Positions 19,739-31,515 of a stretch of 37,948 nucleotides of DNA are shown piece after piece. Made by a program: the position numbers and the translations under genes. The stretch is from assembly GCA_031261915.1 (NCBI GenBank), contig JAISIT010000072.1, positions 1 to 37,948 of the forward strand, read 5' to 3'. The number at the start of each line of letters is the position of its first letter. Position 1 is the stretch's first letter. A model generated the notes under the pieces. The model saw only the letters and a program-made list of their open reading frames with translations, was not told the origin of the DNA and searched no databases. The DNA comes from Candidatus Methanoflexus mossambicus (GTDB taxonomy: Archaea; Methanobacteriota; Methanobacteria; Methanobacteriales; Methanobacteriaceae).

Positions 19739-21118
19739 TTATTGATATTTATTTAGTATAAAATCAACAATTTTGTCTTTTTTTGCAATGGACTTTTTAG
19801 CTGTTTTTTCTACTTTTTCTTTCATTATATCAAAGTCTTCTGGAGTGGTTTCTCCAACTAATTTTTTAATTTTAGTGTATGCTGCTTCTCTAAAGAGTGG
19901 TTTAATCTCTTCTGTTTTTCCATTGCTTTCTATTAATCTTGCTCCTTTTTTATCATCAACTGTTCCAATGTCAGCTATTTTTACATTGCTTTTTTTCATT
20001 GAATCATAAATATCATCTACTTTTTCTTTTGGAACAATTAACATTAATGAATCGGTTGAAACACCTAAAGGATCAATATCTAATGTTTCTAACATATTTA
20101 AAACCTTTGGATTTACCATAGATTTAATTTTTTCATGGTCTAAGTTTAATCCTAAATTGGTTGTCGAAGATATTTCATGTGCATCGCCTCTTAATCCTCC
20201 ATTTGTAACATCAGTCATTGCATGAATATCTTTTATTAAATTGTCGTCCATTAAACCATTTGAAGCTTTAATAAAACTAATATCAATGGTTTCCCAGATA
20301 ACATCAAAAAATCCGTTGTATAATGCAGTTGTTGTAATTGTTCCTCCACCAGAACCTTCTGTTAACATAATAATATCTCCTGGTTCTGCTCTTTTTCTTG
20401 CTGTTGGTTGATAAGATGATACTCCAATAGCTCCCACAGCACTAACAAGACGATCACCTAAAACCATATCTCCTCCAACTCTAAGAGTGCTTCCTGCCAC
20501 TATTGGAACATCAATAAGTTCAGAAATAGCTGTAACTCCTGCAGAAAAGTCAAATAGCTTTCCAACATCGCCGTCGTCTGCAAGGTGAAGGTCACTAATA
20601 ATAGCTACAGGTTTTGCTCCCATAACACAAACATCTCGCAGTGTTGCTCTTGTAACATGAAAACCACCTAAAAATGGGTATTCACTTAATCTGGAATGTA
20701 TTCCATCAATAGCTGTTGTTATATAAATGTCATCATCTATTTTTTCATTTAAACCAGACTTTACAACTCCTCCATCGTCTTGTTCTGTGGGATTAACAAG
20801 AGAACTTGTATTAGCACTTGCTACAATTTCAGCTATTTTTCTATGGACGAAAAAATCTCCTTCTCCTCTTGAACCAACACCAATTTCACCCATTTTAACA
20901 TTAGAGGTGTTTGTATCGATTATTTCTTTTAAAAAATCATCATCTATTTCTTTTACCTTGAGAGTGTTTTTAACTTCATCAATAACACTTTCAGCCATTA
21001 ACATAGAAAATTCTTCATTAATATCTTTATATTCTCTTATATTTTCAGATAAAACATTTTGCAATGATTTTTCATCAATTTTATTTATTTTACTTCGAAC
21101 AAATCCTTCAATGTCCAT
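19739..21118 (-). CDS. AIR synthase-related (PurM-like superfamily) protein; HypE / selenophosphate-synthetase-related COG2144-like
   Basis: PurM-like N- and C-domain motifs (DDGGVV, VTRATLRDVCVMGAKPVAIISDLHL, GGDMVLGD, TEGSGGG). Confidence 0.6.
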   Translation of the reverse strand: MDIEGFVRSKINKIDEKSLQNVLSENIREYKDINEEFSMLMAESVIDEVKNTLKVKEIDDDFLKEIIDTNTSNVKMGEIGVGSRGEGDFFVHRKIAEIVASANTSSLVNPTEQDDGGVVKSGLNEKIDDDIYITTAIDGIHSRLSEYPFLGGFHVTRATLRDVCVMGAKPVAIISDLHLADDGDVGKLFDFSAGVTAISELIDVPIVAGSTLRVGGDMVLGDRLVSAVGAIGVSSYQPTARKRAEPGDIIMLTEGSGGGTITTTALYNGFFDVIWETIDISFIKASNGLMDDNLIKDIHAMTDVTNGGLRGDAHEISSTTNLGLNLDHEKIKSMVNPKVLNMLETLDIDPLGVSTDSLMLIVPKEKVDDIYDSMKKSNVKIADIGTVDDKKGARLIESNGKTEEIKPLFREAAYTKIKKLVGETTPEDFDIMKEKVEKTAKKSIAKKDKIVDFILNKYQ

Positions 21119-21540
21119 TTTTATACCTTTTATACATTTTTATTTATTTTAATTATTCAAATAATTATCAATACTATGATATAGGGATTATTTGCTTTAA
21201 TTTAAGTTCTATTAAATTTATTTGTTTTAATTTAAATTTTACTAACTTTAAAATTTATTAATTTAAATTTTTATAGATGTTATTTTGTAATTTGAAATAT
21301 TATACGCATTTTATTTGTCAATACTTCATTTACTAATATTTTATTAAAAAATAAATAATTTTTAAATAATAATTTTTAAATACTTATATTTAAATAGCTA
21401 TATATTATTTATAAGTTAAATTAATGTAATATAATATTATATTATAAAATATTATTCTTATAGTTTCTTAATACTTTGTTAATTTTTATTAATTATCTAA
21501 TATATTGTTATTACTTTATAAATATTTTCATTAAAATTTT

Positions 21541-21587
21541 ATTATTATTATCATTATTATTATCATTATTATTATCATTATCATTAA
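21541..21587. repeat. Microsatellite (ATTATTATTATC)x3 plus partial units, in the divergent promoter region between the PurM-like gene and cbiE
   Basis: Direct reading. Confidence 0.9.
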
Positions 21588-21639
21588 ATTTCTATTAATT
21601 ATTCTTAAATAATTTAAAAATTTAAAAAGAGATTGAAAA

Positions 21640-22287
21640 ATGTCAAAATTATTTATTGTAGGTGTAGGTCCAGGTTCTAAAGAGTATTTAACTCAAATAG
21701 CTATTGAAACAGTAAAAAAAGTAGATTTGGTTATTGGTAGTCAAAGAGCTATTGATTTATTTGATGAAATATCGAATACTATAGTTTTTAATGTTAAAAA
21801 TTTAAATATTCATTTATATGATGCTATTGAGCATGTTATCCGTGGAAAAACAGTTGCATTACTTTCAACAGGAGATCCTGGATTTTCTGGACTTTTAAAA
21901 CCAATTTTACAAATAGCTAAAGAAAAAGGTTTGGATAAAGAAAAAATAGAAGTTATTCCATCAGTAAGTTCTCTCCAACTTGCAGCAGCTAAAACTCATG
22001 TATCTTGGGATAATGTTAATATAATGACTTTTCATGGAAAAAAAGATGAATCAACTATTTTAAATGTAATTGATAATGGAAAAGTTAGTATTGTATTGCC
22101 TTCAAGAGATGTAAAAGATTTTGCAAAATTTTTAATAGATTCTAAAATAGATGGTAATAGAAAAATAGCTATTTGTGAAAGATTAAGCTATTTAGATGAA
22201 AAAATTGTTTTTTCCGACTTAAAATCAATAATTGATAGTAATTTTTCTTATATGTGTGTAGTTGTAATATTTCCAAATGAAACTTAA
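21640..22287 (+). CDS. cbiE: Tetrapyrrole (corrin) methyltransferase; probable cobalt-precorrin-7 C5-methyltransferase CbiE
   Basis: N-terminus LFIVGVGPGSKEYLT...VDLVIGSQRAIDLF is characteristic of the CbiE/CobL N-half. 215 aa. Confidence 0.55.
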   Translation: MSKLFIVGVGPGSKEYLTQIAIETVKKVDLVIGSQRAIDLFDEISNTIVFNVKNLNIHLYDAIEHVIRGKTVALLSTGDPGFSGLLKPILQIAKEKGLDKEKIEVIPSVSSLQLAAAKTHVSWDNVNIMTFHGKKDESTILNVIDNGKVSIVLPSRDVKDFAKFLIDSKIDGNRKIAICERLSYLDEKIVFSDLKSIIDSNFSYMCVVVIFPNET

Positions 22288-22450
22288 GAAATTACAGTTT
22301 TTTATAAATTATACTGTATTAAATTTCTTATTTTTCATTCAATGGGATAATATTATTGATTATATGCTTTATTTTACCTCCTAAATAATATGTTTATAAT
22401 TAATTCAATACATTTATATTCTTATCATAAAAAAATTAATTCATTGAATT

Positions 22451-23236
22451 TTACAGTAAAGCCATTAATAAACTTATGGTGTGATTTATTAAAGTATGTG
22501 CTGAGTGATGAGTCATGAAAACTGAAATAAATCCCATTGTATCTACAATAAAGTGTATTATATATGAAACAGCAATATTTTTAGTTTTTATGTATCCTAA
22601 TGTAAGGAAACTTATTCCAAGACCTTGAATTAATATGATTTGAAGTAAACTTCCGTATGCTTCGTAATGCAATAGTCCAAATATTATGGAACTTACAAAT
22701 AATCCAATTATAATAGCTATTTTTCTTGAAAGATATTTATAAACCATAGTTAATACAAATAAAAAAGTTAATGTCCTAAATAGCTCTTCACCTAATAATT
22801 GTATAAGATAGATACAAAAATATAATGGGGATGTTATATTTTGATTTGTAAGATTTGTATCTAAATGAACTACACCAAGTTTTAGAAAAATCATATTCAT
22901 TATTGCTCCATAACCTAAATATGCGATATAGAGTATAATAATCACAAGAACATCTTTCTTTTGAAATTTTGCAAGTAATTTTTTGTAGTTAAAATTAGAT
23001 AGGTATCCATATCCTAAAAGAGGAATTAAACACACTAATGGACCACGAATAATAAATAAATTTATTGGAATAAATGTTGTAACAAATACTCCAATTATAA
23101 CTAATATCGCGACAATCCATTTCTTTAATGGAATATTATCTTTATATAATGGAAAGTCCAATCCTGGTCTTTCAAATTTAAATCTCTCGTTATCTTTATT
23201 TTTTTTATTTAAATTCATAATTAAACTCCTATTCAT
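22451..23236 (-). CDS. CPBP-family intramembrane metalloprotease (CAAX protease / Abi-like)
   Basis: Motifs GEELFRT (EExxxR), FGLLHYE (FxxxH) and IIHFIVD (HxxxD/N) in a polytopic membrane protein. Confidence 0.75.
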   Translation of the reverse strand: MNRSLIMNLNKKNKDNERFKFERPGLDFPLYKDNIPLKKWIVAILVIIGVFVTTFIPINLFIIRGPLVCLIPLLGYGYLSNFNYKKLLAKFQKKDVLVIIILYIAYLGYGAIMNMIFLKLGVVHLDTNLTNQNITSPLYFCIYLIQLLGEELFRTLTFLFVLTMVYKYLSRKIAIIIGLFVSSIIFGLLHYEAYGSLLQIILIQGLGISFLTLGYIKTKNIAVSYIIHFIVDTMGFISVFMTHHSAHTLINHTISLLMALL

Positions 23237-23461
23237 TTAATTTAAAATTCACATAATATTATTTGTAAATCACAGTATATAATTAACTTAATTAAATTGT
23301 CTAAATAATAGTTTCTATAGGATTATAGAATATTTCATTAACTTTTATATATAGAATATTTCATTATCTTTTATACGTAATTTTTATTGTAAAATGGACA
23401 TATTTTCTATTATTTTCATTAATCATTTAATTAATTTTCGTCATTAATTAAATTCTATAAT

Positions 23462-24919
23462 TTAAGTAACATTCATCATTAATTTGGTTATAGGTTTTCT
23501 AACTAAAAATAAGATTACTCCACCAATAATCACGACTAATCCAGTAAGTGCGAAGTAACTTAGTTCATTAGAGCTGTATAATTTAACTATTTGTGATACT
23601 AATGCAGATGCAACACTCTCACTTATTAACCATATTCCCATCATTTGGGATTTTGAATCCTTTGGACTTAACTTAGATGTTATTGAAAGTCCAGTTGGAT
23701 AAATCAGACTATATCCGATTGTAAGAATAAATAATGAGAATAATAACCAAATTGGATTAATTAACACATTTGTTCCATAAATTATTAGTGCGACAGATAA
23801 GATTAAGAATGATGAACCTGCAAAAAACAAGCCGATACTAAATTTAAACGGTGCTGAAGGAGGATTACTTTTAAATTTACTTAAAATATATGCAAAAACT
23901 GGAAGTAGTATTAAGTAAAACATAGGATCAATTGACTGAATCCATGAAACTGGAATCCATCCAAGAGAAATATGTTCCTTTGAAAAGATAGTTAAAGTTG
24001 TTGAAATTTGACCATGTATCATAAACATTAAAACCCCACCAAGGAATAATGGGATTAAACCTTTAATTTTGTTTTTTTCAATTTTACCATAATTATTTGA
24101 CTTTAAAAGTTTACTAAAGAATAAAATAGGAACGATAACAATTATAATAGCTATTAAACTTATCATATTCTCAACAATAAGTAAATCATAGATATTTAAT
24201 ATAAAAATAGCTATCATAATAAATACTATCACGATTAAAACTATTTTCATCAATTTTTTCTTTTCTTTAACATTCAAAGGATTGCTGGTTTTGAAAAATT
24301 CTTTGTTCATTCTTTTTTTTGAGAATATATAAATTAAAAGTCCGAAAAACATTCCAATAGCAGCCAATGAAAATCCTAAATGGAAACTGTAAGTTTCACC
24401 AAAGTATCCAACGATTAAAGGTGCAACAAATGCTCCAATGTTAATTACCATTACAAACAATAAATATCCCACATCTCGTTTATTATCTCCGTCGGTATAT
24501 GATAATCCAACCATTGTAGCAACATTTGGTTTTAAAAAACCAGTTCCAACTATAATTAAAGCAAGAGAGATAAGCAGAGCATAAAATCCTCCAGGTATTG
24601 CAAGGATAATATGCCCTATCATAATCAAAAAACTCCCAATTAAAACAGTTTTATATGGGTTTAAAATTCTATCTCCTAAATATCCTCCACCTAAACTTGA
24701 TATATGAATCAAAGAACCATAAATTGACACAATAGATGCTGCTGTGATTTGGGGTAGACCTAATCCCCCACTTGTTGTTGAATAATAAATATAGAGAAGA
24801 AGTATTGATCGCATTCCATAATAACTAAATCTTTCCCATATTTCAGTAAAAAATAGAGGTGGAAGAGATGGTGGGCAACTTATAAAGTTTTTTATCTTTT
24901 TTTTAACCATATTACTCAT
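23462..24919 (-). CDS. dtpT: POT/PTR2-family proton-dependent di/tripeptide transporter
   Basis: Signature ...FTEIWERFSYYGMRSILLLY (ExxERFxYYG) and a 12+ TM MFS architecture. Confidence 0.85.
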   Translation of the reverse strand: MSNMVKKKIKNFISCPPSLPPLFFTEIWERFSYYGMRSILLLYIYYSTTSGGLGLPQITAASIVSIYGSLIHISSLGGGYLGDRILNPYKTVLIGSFLIMIGHIILAIPGGFYALLISLALIIVGTGFLKPNVATMVGLSYTDGDNKRDVGYLLFVMVINIGAFVAPLIVGYFGETYSFHLGFSLAAIGMFFGLLIYIFSKKRMNKEFFKTSNPLNVKEKKKLMKIVLIVIVFIMIAIFILNIYDLLIVENMISLIAIIIVIVPILFFSKLLKSNNYGKIEKNKIKGLIPLFLGGVLMFMIHGQISTTLTIFSKEHISLGWIPVSWIQSIDPMFYLILLPVFAYILSKFKSNPPSAPFKFSIGLFFAGSSFLILSVALIIYGTNVLINPIWLLFSLFILTIGYSLIYPTGLSITSKLSPKDSKSQMMGIWLISESVASALVSQIVKLYSSNELSYFALTGLVVIIGGVILFLVRKPITKLMMNVT

Positions 24920-25057
24920 TAAACTTATTTAAATCCAAATTTAACTTTTATAACATTATTATATTATTATAACATTATTATAAAATTATATAAAATATTT
25001 AAATTACAAGCAAATTATATGAACTCTTAATTAACAATTACACTATGTATTTAATGA

Positions 25058-25087
25058 ATCTGTTCCACAAAAAATCTGTTCCACAAA
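25058..25087. repeat. Perfect 15-bp tandem direct repeat ATCTGTTCCACAAAA x2, upstream (minus-strand sense) of the POT transporter gene
   Basis: Direct reading. GC-richer than the surroundings. Confidence 0.9.
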
Positions 25088-25140
25088 ACAAAATTGTATT
25101 TTTCATGAAAAATAAAGTTATTAAATATAATTATATTTTC

Positions 25141-25201
25141 ATTATCTTTATTGTTAATGATTATATTTTTTATTATCTTTATTGTTAATGATTATATTTT
25201 T
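25141..25201. repeat. 31-bp tandem direct repeat ATTATCTTTATTGTTAATGATTATATTTTT(T) x2 in the same spacer
   Basis: Direct reading. Confidence 0.9.
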
Positions 25202-25326
25202 ATACTATTAATTAATTAATTTTGATTATAATTTTATAATAAGTATAAATAATAAATATAAGAATATCATGTCTTTAAATGATTGAAATAATGGAAGTAT
25301 ATTAAATATTATAACTTGAAATTAAT

Positions 25327-26337
25327 TTATAAAATAATAGCATCTTTTGCTGTTTGTTCTGGAGTTTTTCCTTCGTATAATATTTCTGCAAACTCTTCTA
25401 ATTTCTTCTGACCTTTAACTTCTTCTTTAAATAATGGTATTTGAGCTATTTCTTGGTCTTTAAATTTTTGATTAATTAAAGCAATACGTTTTTGTTGAAT
25501 TTTATATCTGGATTGACAAAAATCACAGTTATCAATATCTGGCATTATTTGATTGACTATAATGCTATCTACATTCATATCATTCTTTTTCAATGATTCA
25601 ATAGCTCTTTCAGACTCATAAATTGACATTTCTTCTGGAATAACCACCATTTTAAATGAAGTCCTATCTGGATTAGTTAAAACTTCTTTTGCTTCAGCTA
25701 TTTTTCTTTTTGTTTCTTCTAATTCTGCAGTTGAAGCTATATCTTCATCATCATCACCAACAAATGGTATTAAATTCTTTAATCCACTTGTTAAGCTTCC
25801 TAATTTGCTTTTTGCTTTAATCATTTTTCCAACCCATGAATCCATTAAATCTGGGAAAGATAATAACCTTAAAGTGTGTCCAGTAGGCGCAGTATCAAAA
25901 ACAACCACATCATACTCATTTGTAGTCATTACTTGAACAAATATCTCAAAAGCAGCTGCTTCATCTGCTCCAGGAGATGATGATGCAAGATCTAATTGAT
26001 CTGTAAGCATATCTAAGCCAGGTAATTGATCAGGACTTGCTATAGACTTTTTAGCATTTAGTTCTGCTTGTTGTCTTTCCATAGCCATTTCAGGGTCAAT
26101 TTCAACACCATAAAGATTTTCACGAATTATTTTTGGATTAGGTCCAATATAAGTTTCAAGAGAGTCTGAAAGTGAGTGTGCAGGGTCGGTTGAAACAATT
26201 AATGTTTTTTTACCTTGTTCTGCTAAATAAATAGCTGTTGATGCAGATACAGAAGTTTTTCCAACTCCACCTTTTCCTCCAACAAATATGAATGTAGTTT
26301 TATTGTCATTGAATTTTATTAAGTCTTTAATTGCCAT
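25327..26337 (-). CDS. ArsA/Get3-family ATPase (archaeal Get3-like tail-anchored protein targeting factor / anion-transporting ATPase)
   Basis: Deviant Walker [20 protein letters not shown] motif. CDFC (CxxC) dimerisation motif near the C-terminus. Confidence 0.8.
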   Translation of the reverse strand: MAIKDLIKFNDNKTTFIFVGGKGGVGKTSVSASTAIYLAEQGKKTLIVSTDPAHSLSDSLETYIGPNPKIIRENLYGVEIDPEMAMERQQAELNAKKSIASPDQLPGLDMLTDQLDLASSSPGADEAAAFEIFVQVMTTNEYDVVVFDTAPTGHTLRLLSFPDLMDSWVGKMIKAKSKLGSLTSGLKNLIPFVGDDDEDIASTAELEETKRKIAEAKEVLTNPDRTSFKMVVIPEEMSIYESERAIESLKKNDMNVDSIIVNQIMPDIDNCDFCQSRYKIQQKRIALINQKFKDQEIAQIPLFKEEVKGQKKLEEFAEILYEGKTPEQTAKDAIIL

Positions 26338-26719
26338 TTTATCTCCTTAACATTTATAATTTTACTTTGAATTTATTTATATGTTTTTATAATTATTATT
26401 TTAAGAAATTAGTTTTCTATATTTTTATTATAAGTTAGTATAATATATTTAATTAATATTTTTTAATTAATATTTTTTAATTAATTTTATGTAATTAATT
26501 TTATTTAATTAATTTTTAATTAATTTCACATAAAAACTTTTATTTATTTGTAATTGTAAATCTATATTTAATCTATATTTTATTTTAACTTAATATTCTT
26601 ATGATTTAAGTTATATTATTTAAATTATATTAACTTAATTTATATTATTTAATCAATTTATATTATAAGTTAGTTATATTATTTTATTCTTATTTATTTG
26701 TTATTTCATTATAATTATA

Positions 26720-27628
26720 ATGTGGTGTGCTATGTTTGAAATCACTGAAAAAGATTCAATTTTTGTTAAAAATAAATTAATGGATTTTATAAAAAATATT
26801 GTTGAAAAATCAAATTCTAATGGAGTTATTATTGGTTTGAGTGGGGGTATTGATTCTTCTGTTGTTGGATATTTATTAACAGAAAGTTTAGGTAAAGATA
26901 AAGTATTTGGATATCATTTAGCAAGTTCAACAACACCTAAAGAAGATACTGAAGATGCCAGGTTAATGGCTAAATTATTAGACATTGAATATTATGAAAT
27001 TTTCATAGATGAAATAGTTGATAAGTATTTAGAAGTATTTGACATTGATAATTTAATTTTAGATGAAAATAATTCTAAAATGGATAAATATGGATCTAAA
27101 AATGAAAAATATGAGAAATTAATGGAATATAAGAAATTAAGTGATGGAAATCTTAAAGCAAGAATAAGAATGTCTATACTTTATTATTTTGGAAATCTTA
27201 AAAATTCTCTTGTTGCAGGAACAGGAAACAGAAGTGAATTGTTAATTGGTTATTTCACAAAATATGGTGATGGAGGTTGTGATTTTGAGTTAATTGGAGA
27301 TATTTATAAAACTCAACTTAAAAAATTAGCTAAATATTGGAATATTCCTGAACAAATAATTTATAAACCTCCTCGTGCAGCATTATGGGATAAACAAACC
27401 GATGAAGATGAGATAGGTTTTTCTTATGAAGTTTTAGATTTATTATTACATTTGATTGTTGATAAAAAATTAAAAAATGTTGAAATTGTTGATTTTATTA
27501 ACAATAGCTTAGATTTTGATGTTAAAATTTCTATAGAACAAATTATTGAACTTAGAAATAAAATTAAAAATAATGAACATAAAATAGAAAGTCCTAAAAG
27601 CCCATTCAATGGTATTATTTTGATATGA
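26720..27628 (+). CDS. nadE: NH3-dependent NAD+ synthetase NadE (the start may be ATG 26732)
   Basis: PP-loop SGGIDSSVV and the NadE C-terminal region, with an approximately 30-aa low-complexity insert. Confidence 0.85.
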   Translation: MWCAMFEITEKDSIFVKNKLMDFIKNIVEKSNSNGVIIGLSGGIDSSVVGYLLTESLGKDKVFGYHLASSTTPKEDTEDARLMAKLLDIEYYEIFIDEIVDKYLEVFDIDNLILDENNSKMDKYGSKNEKYEKLMEYKKLSDGNLKARIRMSILYYFGNLKNSLVAGTGNRSELLIGYFTKYGDGGCDFELIGDIYKTQLKKLAKYWNIPEQIIYKPPRAALWDKQTDEDEIGFSYEVLDLLLHLIVDKKLKNVEIVDFINNSLDFDVKISIEQIIELRNKIKNNEHKIESPKSPFNGIILI

Positions 27629-27708
27629 TTTTATTTTTAGTTTTATTTTTAGTTTATTTTGATATGATTTTATTTTTTATTTTGATATAATCTTATAACT
27701 GATTAATC

Positions 27709-28026
27709 GTGTTAAATATGATATTAGTATATATTACAACTTCAAATGAAGATGAATCAATAGCTATTGGTAAAAAACTTGTTGAAGAACGACTTTGTGC
27801 TTGTTCTAATGTTATTGGTAATGTTAAATCTATTTATTGGTGGGAAAACGAGATTGAAAACGATGATGAATCTATTTTACTCCTTAAAACTATTGAAAAA
27901 AATCTTGATAAAGTTATTAGTAGAGTTAAAGAAATTCATTCCTATGAAAATCCAGCTATTTTTGCAATTCCTATTTTAAAAGTTTCTGATAGGTATTTAG
28001 AATGGTTAAACAATCAAATAGATTAA
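27709..28026 (+). CDS. cutA: Divalent-cation tolerance protein CutA
   Basis: ILVYITTSNEDESIAIGKKLVEERLCACSNVIG...SIYWWENEI...HSYENPAIFAIPI is typical of CutA1. Confidence 0.8.
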   Translation: MLNMILVYITTSNEDESIAIGKKLVEERLCACSNVIGNVKSIYWWENEIENDDESILLLKTIEKNLDKVISRVKEIHSYENPAIFAIPILKVSDRYLEWLNNQID

Positions 28027-28353
28027 TATTCTTTAAATATTAGCTTTAATTTGAAATTTAAACAATTTAATTAATCAATCTTTTATATAAAAAATTTTAT
28101 AATATAAAAAATTTTATAAATTTAAATATTATTAAACATATAATTAATATATTATAACTATTATTAGTTAAAATTGTTTTTATTATGTTTTTTTAATTAT
28201 GTTTTTTTTTTAATTAAATTAATTGAATCTTTCTTAGTTTTTTATTTTTTATTTTGGGAATGCTTTTGCATTAGTTACAATTATTATTATCATTATTATT
28301 TTTATTATTATTCTTATTATTATTATATCAATTGTTGTTTATTAGGTGATTTT

Positions 28354-31332
28354 ATGAGTATAGAAGAGAAATGGCAGAAAAAATGGGAAGAAGCGAAGCT
28401 ATTTCAGGTTAATCCCGATGAACGGGAGAAAATTTTTGTAAATGTGGCATATCCTTATCCTAGTGGGGCTATGCATATTGGGCATGGACGAACTTATACT
28501 GTTCCTGATGTTTATGCACGTTTTAAGCGAATGCAAGGGTATAATGTCTTATTTCCTATGGGATGGCACGTGACTGGAGCTCCTGTTATTGGAATAGCTA
28601 AGAGAATTCGTGAAAAAGATCCAAAAACTTTAGATTTATATGAAAATGTCCATAAAGTTCCTCATGATGAGATTATGACTTTATCTGAGCCAGAAAACAT
28701 TGTTAAATATTTTTCAAATGAATATCACAATGTAATGGTTGATATGGGTTATTCAATTGATTGGAGGAGAGAATTAAGGACAACAGATAAAACATATCAA
28801 AAATTTATTGAATGGCAAATTCGGAAGTTAAAAGCAAAAGATTTAATTACAAAAGGTTCTCACCCAGTTAAATATTGTCCGTCTTGTGCTAATCCTGTTG
28901 GGGATCATGATCTTTTAGAAGGTGAAGGAGCAACAATAAACGAGTTAACATTATTAAATTTTGAAATTGATGGAAAAATATTGCCTACTGCAACTTTTAG
29001 GCCTGAAACAATCTATGGTGCAACTAATCTTTGGTTAAATCCTGATATTAATTATATTGAAGTTAGTTTGGGAAATAATTTTGATAAAAATAATAATGAG
29101 AATAATAATGAGGATAATAGTAAAAATACTAATGAAAATTATGATAAAAATACTAATAAAAACTGGATTATTAGTAAAGATTCTTATCATAATTTATTTA
29201 ATCAAATAAAAGATTTAACTATTGTTGGAGATATTAATCCTAATGATTTAATAGCTAAATTTGTTACAAATCCTTTAACTGGAGATAAACATCCTATTCT
29301 TCCTGCAAGTTTTGTTGATGGGGGTTTTGGAACTGGTGTTGTATTTTCTGTTCCTGCGCATGCTCCTGCTGATTTTATTGCTTTAAAAGATTTAAAAGAA
29401 GATGAAGAAACTATTAATAAATATAATTTATCTTCTATTCTTGATGATATTCAACCTATAAATGTTGTTACCAATAAAAAATATGGTGAAATTCCTGCAA
29501 AAGATTTAATTGAAAAATTAGGTGTTAAAAATCAAAATGACCCGAAATTAGAGGAAGCTACTGGAGAACTTTATAAAGTTGAACATTCAAAAGGAATAAT
29601 GAGTTCACATATTCCAGATTATGCTGGTAAAAAAGTTAAATTTGCAAGAGAAGAAATTAAAAATAAAATGATTGCTGATTCTCAAGCAGAGATAATGTAT
29701 GACTTTTCTGCTCATCCAGTTATTTGTCGATGTGGTAGTAATGCTGTAGTTAAAATAATGAATGATCAATGGTTTTTAAAGTATTCTGATAATGATTGGA
29801 AAGAAAAAACAAGAGAATGCCTTTCTCAAGAGAATATTGTTCCTGAAGAGATTAGATCTAATTTTGATTATTATATTGGATGGCTTGAAGATTGGGCTTG
29901 TTCACGAAGAATTGGTTTAGGGACTCATTTGCCTTGGGATAAACAATGGTTAATTGAACCTTTATCTGATTCTACCATTTATATGGCTTATTATACGATT
30001 TCTAAGTATTTAAATCAAATGGATGGTGAAGATTTAAATGACGCATTCTTTGATAAAGTTTTCTTAGATAAAAACGATAATTCTGATGAAAAGATAAATG
30101 TTGAAGATGATTTAGTAGAACAAATTCAAAATGAATATAATTATTGGTATCCATTGGACTGGAGTTTATCTGCTAAGGATTTAATAGCTAATCACTTAAG
30201 TTTTCACATGTTCCACCATGTAGCTATTTTCCCAAAATCTCATTGGCCTAAAGGAATGGTTATTTTTGGAATGGGACTTCTTGAAGGTAATAAAATGTCA
30301 TCTTCAAAAGGAAATGTCATTTTACTTTCTGAAGCTATTAAAGAATACGGTGCTGATGTTGTCCGTTTGTTTTTAATGTCTTCTGCTGAACCATGGCAAG
30401 ATTTTGATTGGAGGCAAAAAGAGGTTATTGGAACAAAAAGACGTCTTCAAGGACTTTTTGATTTTGCACAAAGAGTTGAAAAGATTAAAGGGGAAATTAA
30501 TAAAGAAGTTAATGGAGAAAAATTAAATTTAAATGATATTAAAGAATTAAAAAATATCAATACTGATGAGTTTAATAATGATATAGATTTATGGATGATT
30601 GGTCAGTTGAACATTCGTATTAAAGATGCAACAGAAGCTTTAGAAGGTTTCCAAACTCGCAAAGCACTACAAAATGCTTTATTTTTACTTAAAAAAGATT
30701 TAGATCATTATATTTATCGTATAAAAAATCGTGTTGATGATGATTTAGCTTATGTTCTTTCAATTGTTTTAAAAAATTGGATTAAAATATTAACTCCATT
30801 TATTCCTCATAGTTGTGAAGAGATTTGGAATAAATTTGGAGGAAAAGGTTTTATTAGTAAAGAATCTTGGCCAGAATATAATCCAGAGTTAATTGATGAT
30901 AAAATTTTAAAATCTGAAGAGATAATTGATGATTTAATTAAAGATATTTCTAAAATTAAAAAATTAGTAACAAAAGATAAGACAATTGAAAAAATTCATA
31001 TTTATATTGCTCCAGAATGGAAATGGAATGTTTATGCTATTGCAAAAGAAATTGGAAAACCTAATGTAGGTGCAATAATTGGAAAATCAATTGAAGCTAA
31101 TTTAAATTCTGATAAAAAAGAACTTTCTGAATTTGCTAAAAAAATAGCTAAAGAAATGAATAAAACGAATTATGTAGGAAAAGTTGATGAAATAGCTATT
31201 TTGGAAAATGCCTTAGAGTTTATTGAAGATGCAGTTGATGGAAAGATTATTCTTCATAATGATAATTCATTTGATCCAGAAAGTAAATTTAAACATGCTA
31301 TGCCTTATAAACCAGCTATTTACATTGAATAA
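28354..31332 (+). CDS. leuS: Leucyl-tRNA synthetase (archaeal type). The ORF-track start at 28174 is a spurious extension; the real start is ATG 28354 ([13 protein letters not shown]) after AGGTGA.
   Basis: HIGH motif (MHIGHGRTY), KMSKS (KMSSSKG) and a CP1 editing region. N/K-rich insert encoded at about 29075-29165. Confidence 0.95.
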   Translation: MSIEEKWQKKWEEAKLFQVNPDEREKIFVNVAYPYPSGAMHIGHGRTYTVPDVYARFKRMQGYNVLFPMGWHVTGAPVIGIAKRIREKDPKTLDLYENVHKVPHDEIMTLSEPENIVKYFSNEYHNVMVDMGYSIDWRRELRTTDKTYQKFIEWQIRKLKAKDLITKGSHPVKYCPSCANPVGDHDLLEGEGATINELTLLNFEIDGKILPTATFRPETIYGATNLWLNPDINYIEVSLGNNFDKNNNENNNEDNSKNTNENYDKNTNKNWIISKDSYHNLFNQIKDLTIVGDINPNDLIAKFVTNPLTGDKHPILPASFVDGGFGTGVVFSVPAHAPADFIALKDLKEDEETINKYNLSSILDDIQPINVVTNKKYGEIPAKDLIEKLGVKNQNDPKLEEATGELYKVEHSKGIMSSHIPDYAGKKVKFAREEIKNKMIADSQAEIMYDFSAHPVICRCGSNAVVKIMNDQWFLKYSDNDWKEKTRECLSQENIVPEEIRSNFDYYIGWLEDWACSRRIGLGTHLPWDKQWLIEPLSDSTIYMAYYTISKYLNQMDGEDLNDAFFDKVFLDKNDNSDEKINVEDDLVEQIQNEYNYWYPLDWSLSAKDLIANHLSFHMFHHVAIFPKSHWPKGMVIFGMGLLEGNKMSSSKGNVILLSEAIKEYGADVVRLFLMSSAEPWQDFDWRQKEVIGTKRRLQGLFDFAQRVEKIKGEINKEVNGEKLNLNDIKELKNINTDEFNNDIDLWMIGQLNIRIKDATEALEGFQTRKALQNALFLLKKDLDHYIYRIKNRVDDDLAYVLSIVLKNWIKILTPFIPHSCEEIWNKFGGKGFISKESWPEYNPELIDDKILKSEEIIDDLIKDISKIKKLVTKDKTIEKIHIYIAPEWKWNVYAIAKEIGKPNVGAIIGKSIEANLNSDKKELSEFAKKIAKEMNKTNYVGKVDEIAILENALEFIEDAVDGKIILHNDNSFDPESKFKHAMPYKPAIYIE

Positions 31333-31515
31333 TTTTATTTAATTTATTAAAATTTGATTATTTTATATTAAAATAAATAATAATTATTAAACTACTATTA
31401 AACTAAATAATATATATTAAAATAAGATTAAATAGTATTAAATTAATTAATAATTCTTAAAGTAATTAATGGATATTAAAAAATTAATAAATATTAAAAT
31501 AACAACTAAGATAAG

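Noticed and set aside
21064-21261. 65-aa ORF in the PurM-like/cbiE spacer
   Set aside because: It overlaps the 5' end of the minus-strand gene and runs into repeat-rich AT spacer. Phe/Tyr/Ile-rich translation of AT-rich DNA.
28174-28353. ORF-track N-terminal extension of leuS ([12 protein letters not shown]...[15 protein letters not shown])
   Set aside because: Translation of an (ATT/ATC)n microsatellite and the AT-rich promoter region. The conserved LeuS N-terminus starts at ATG 28354, which has its own AGGTGA RBS.
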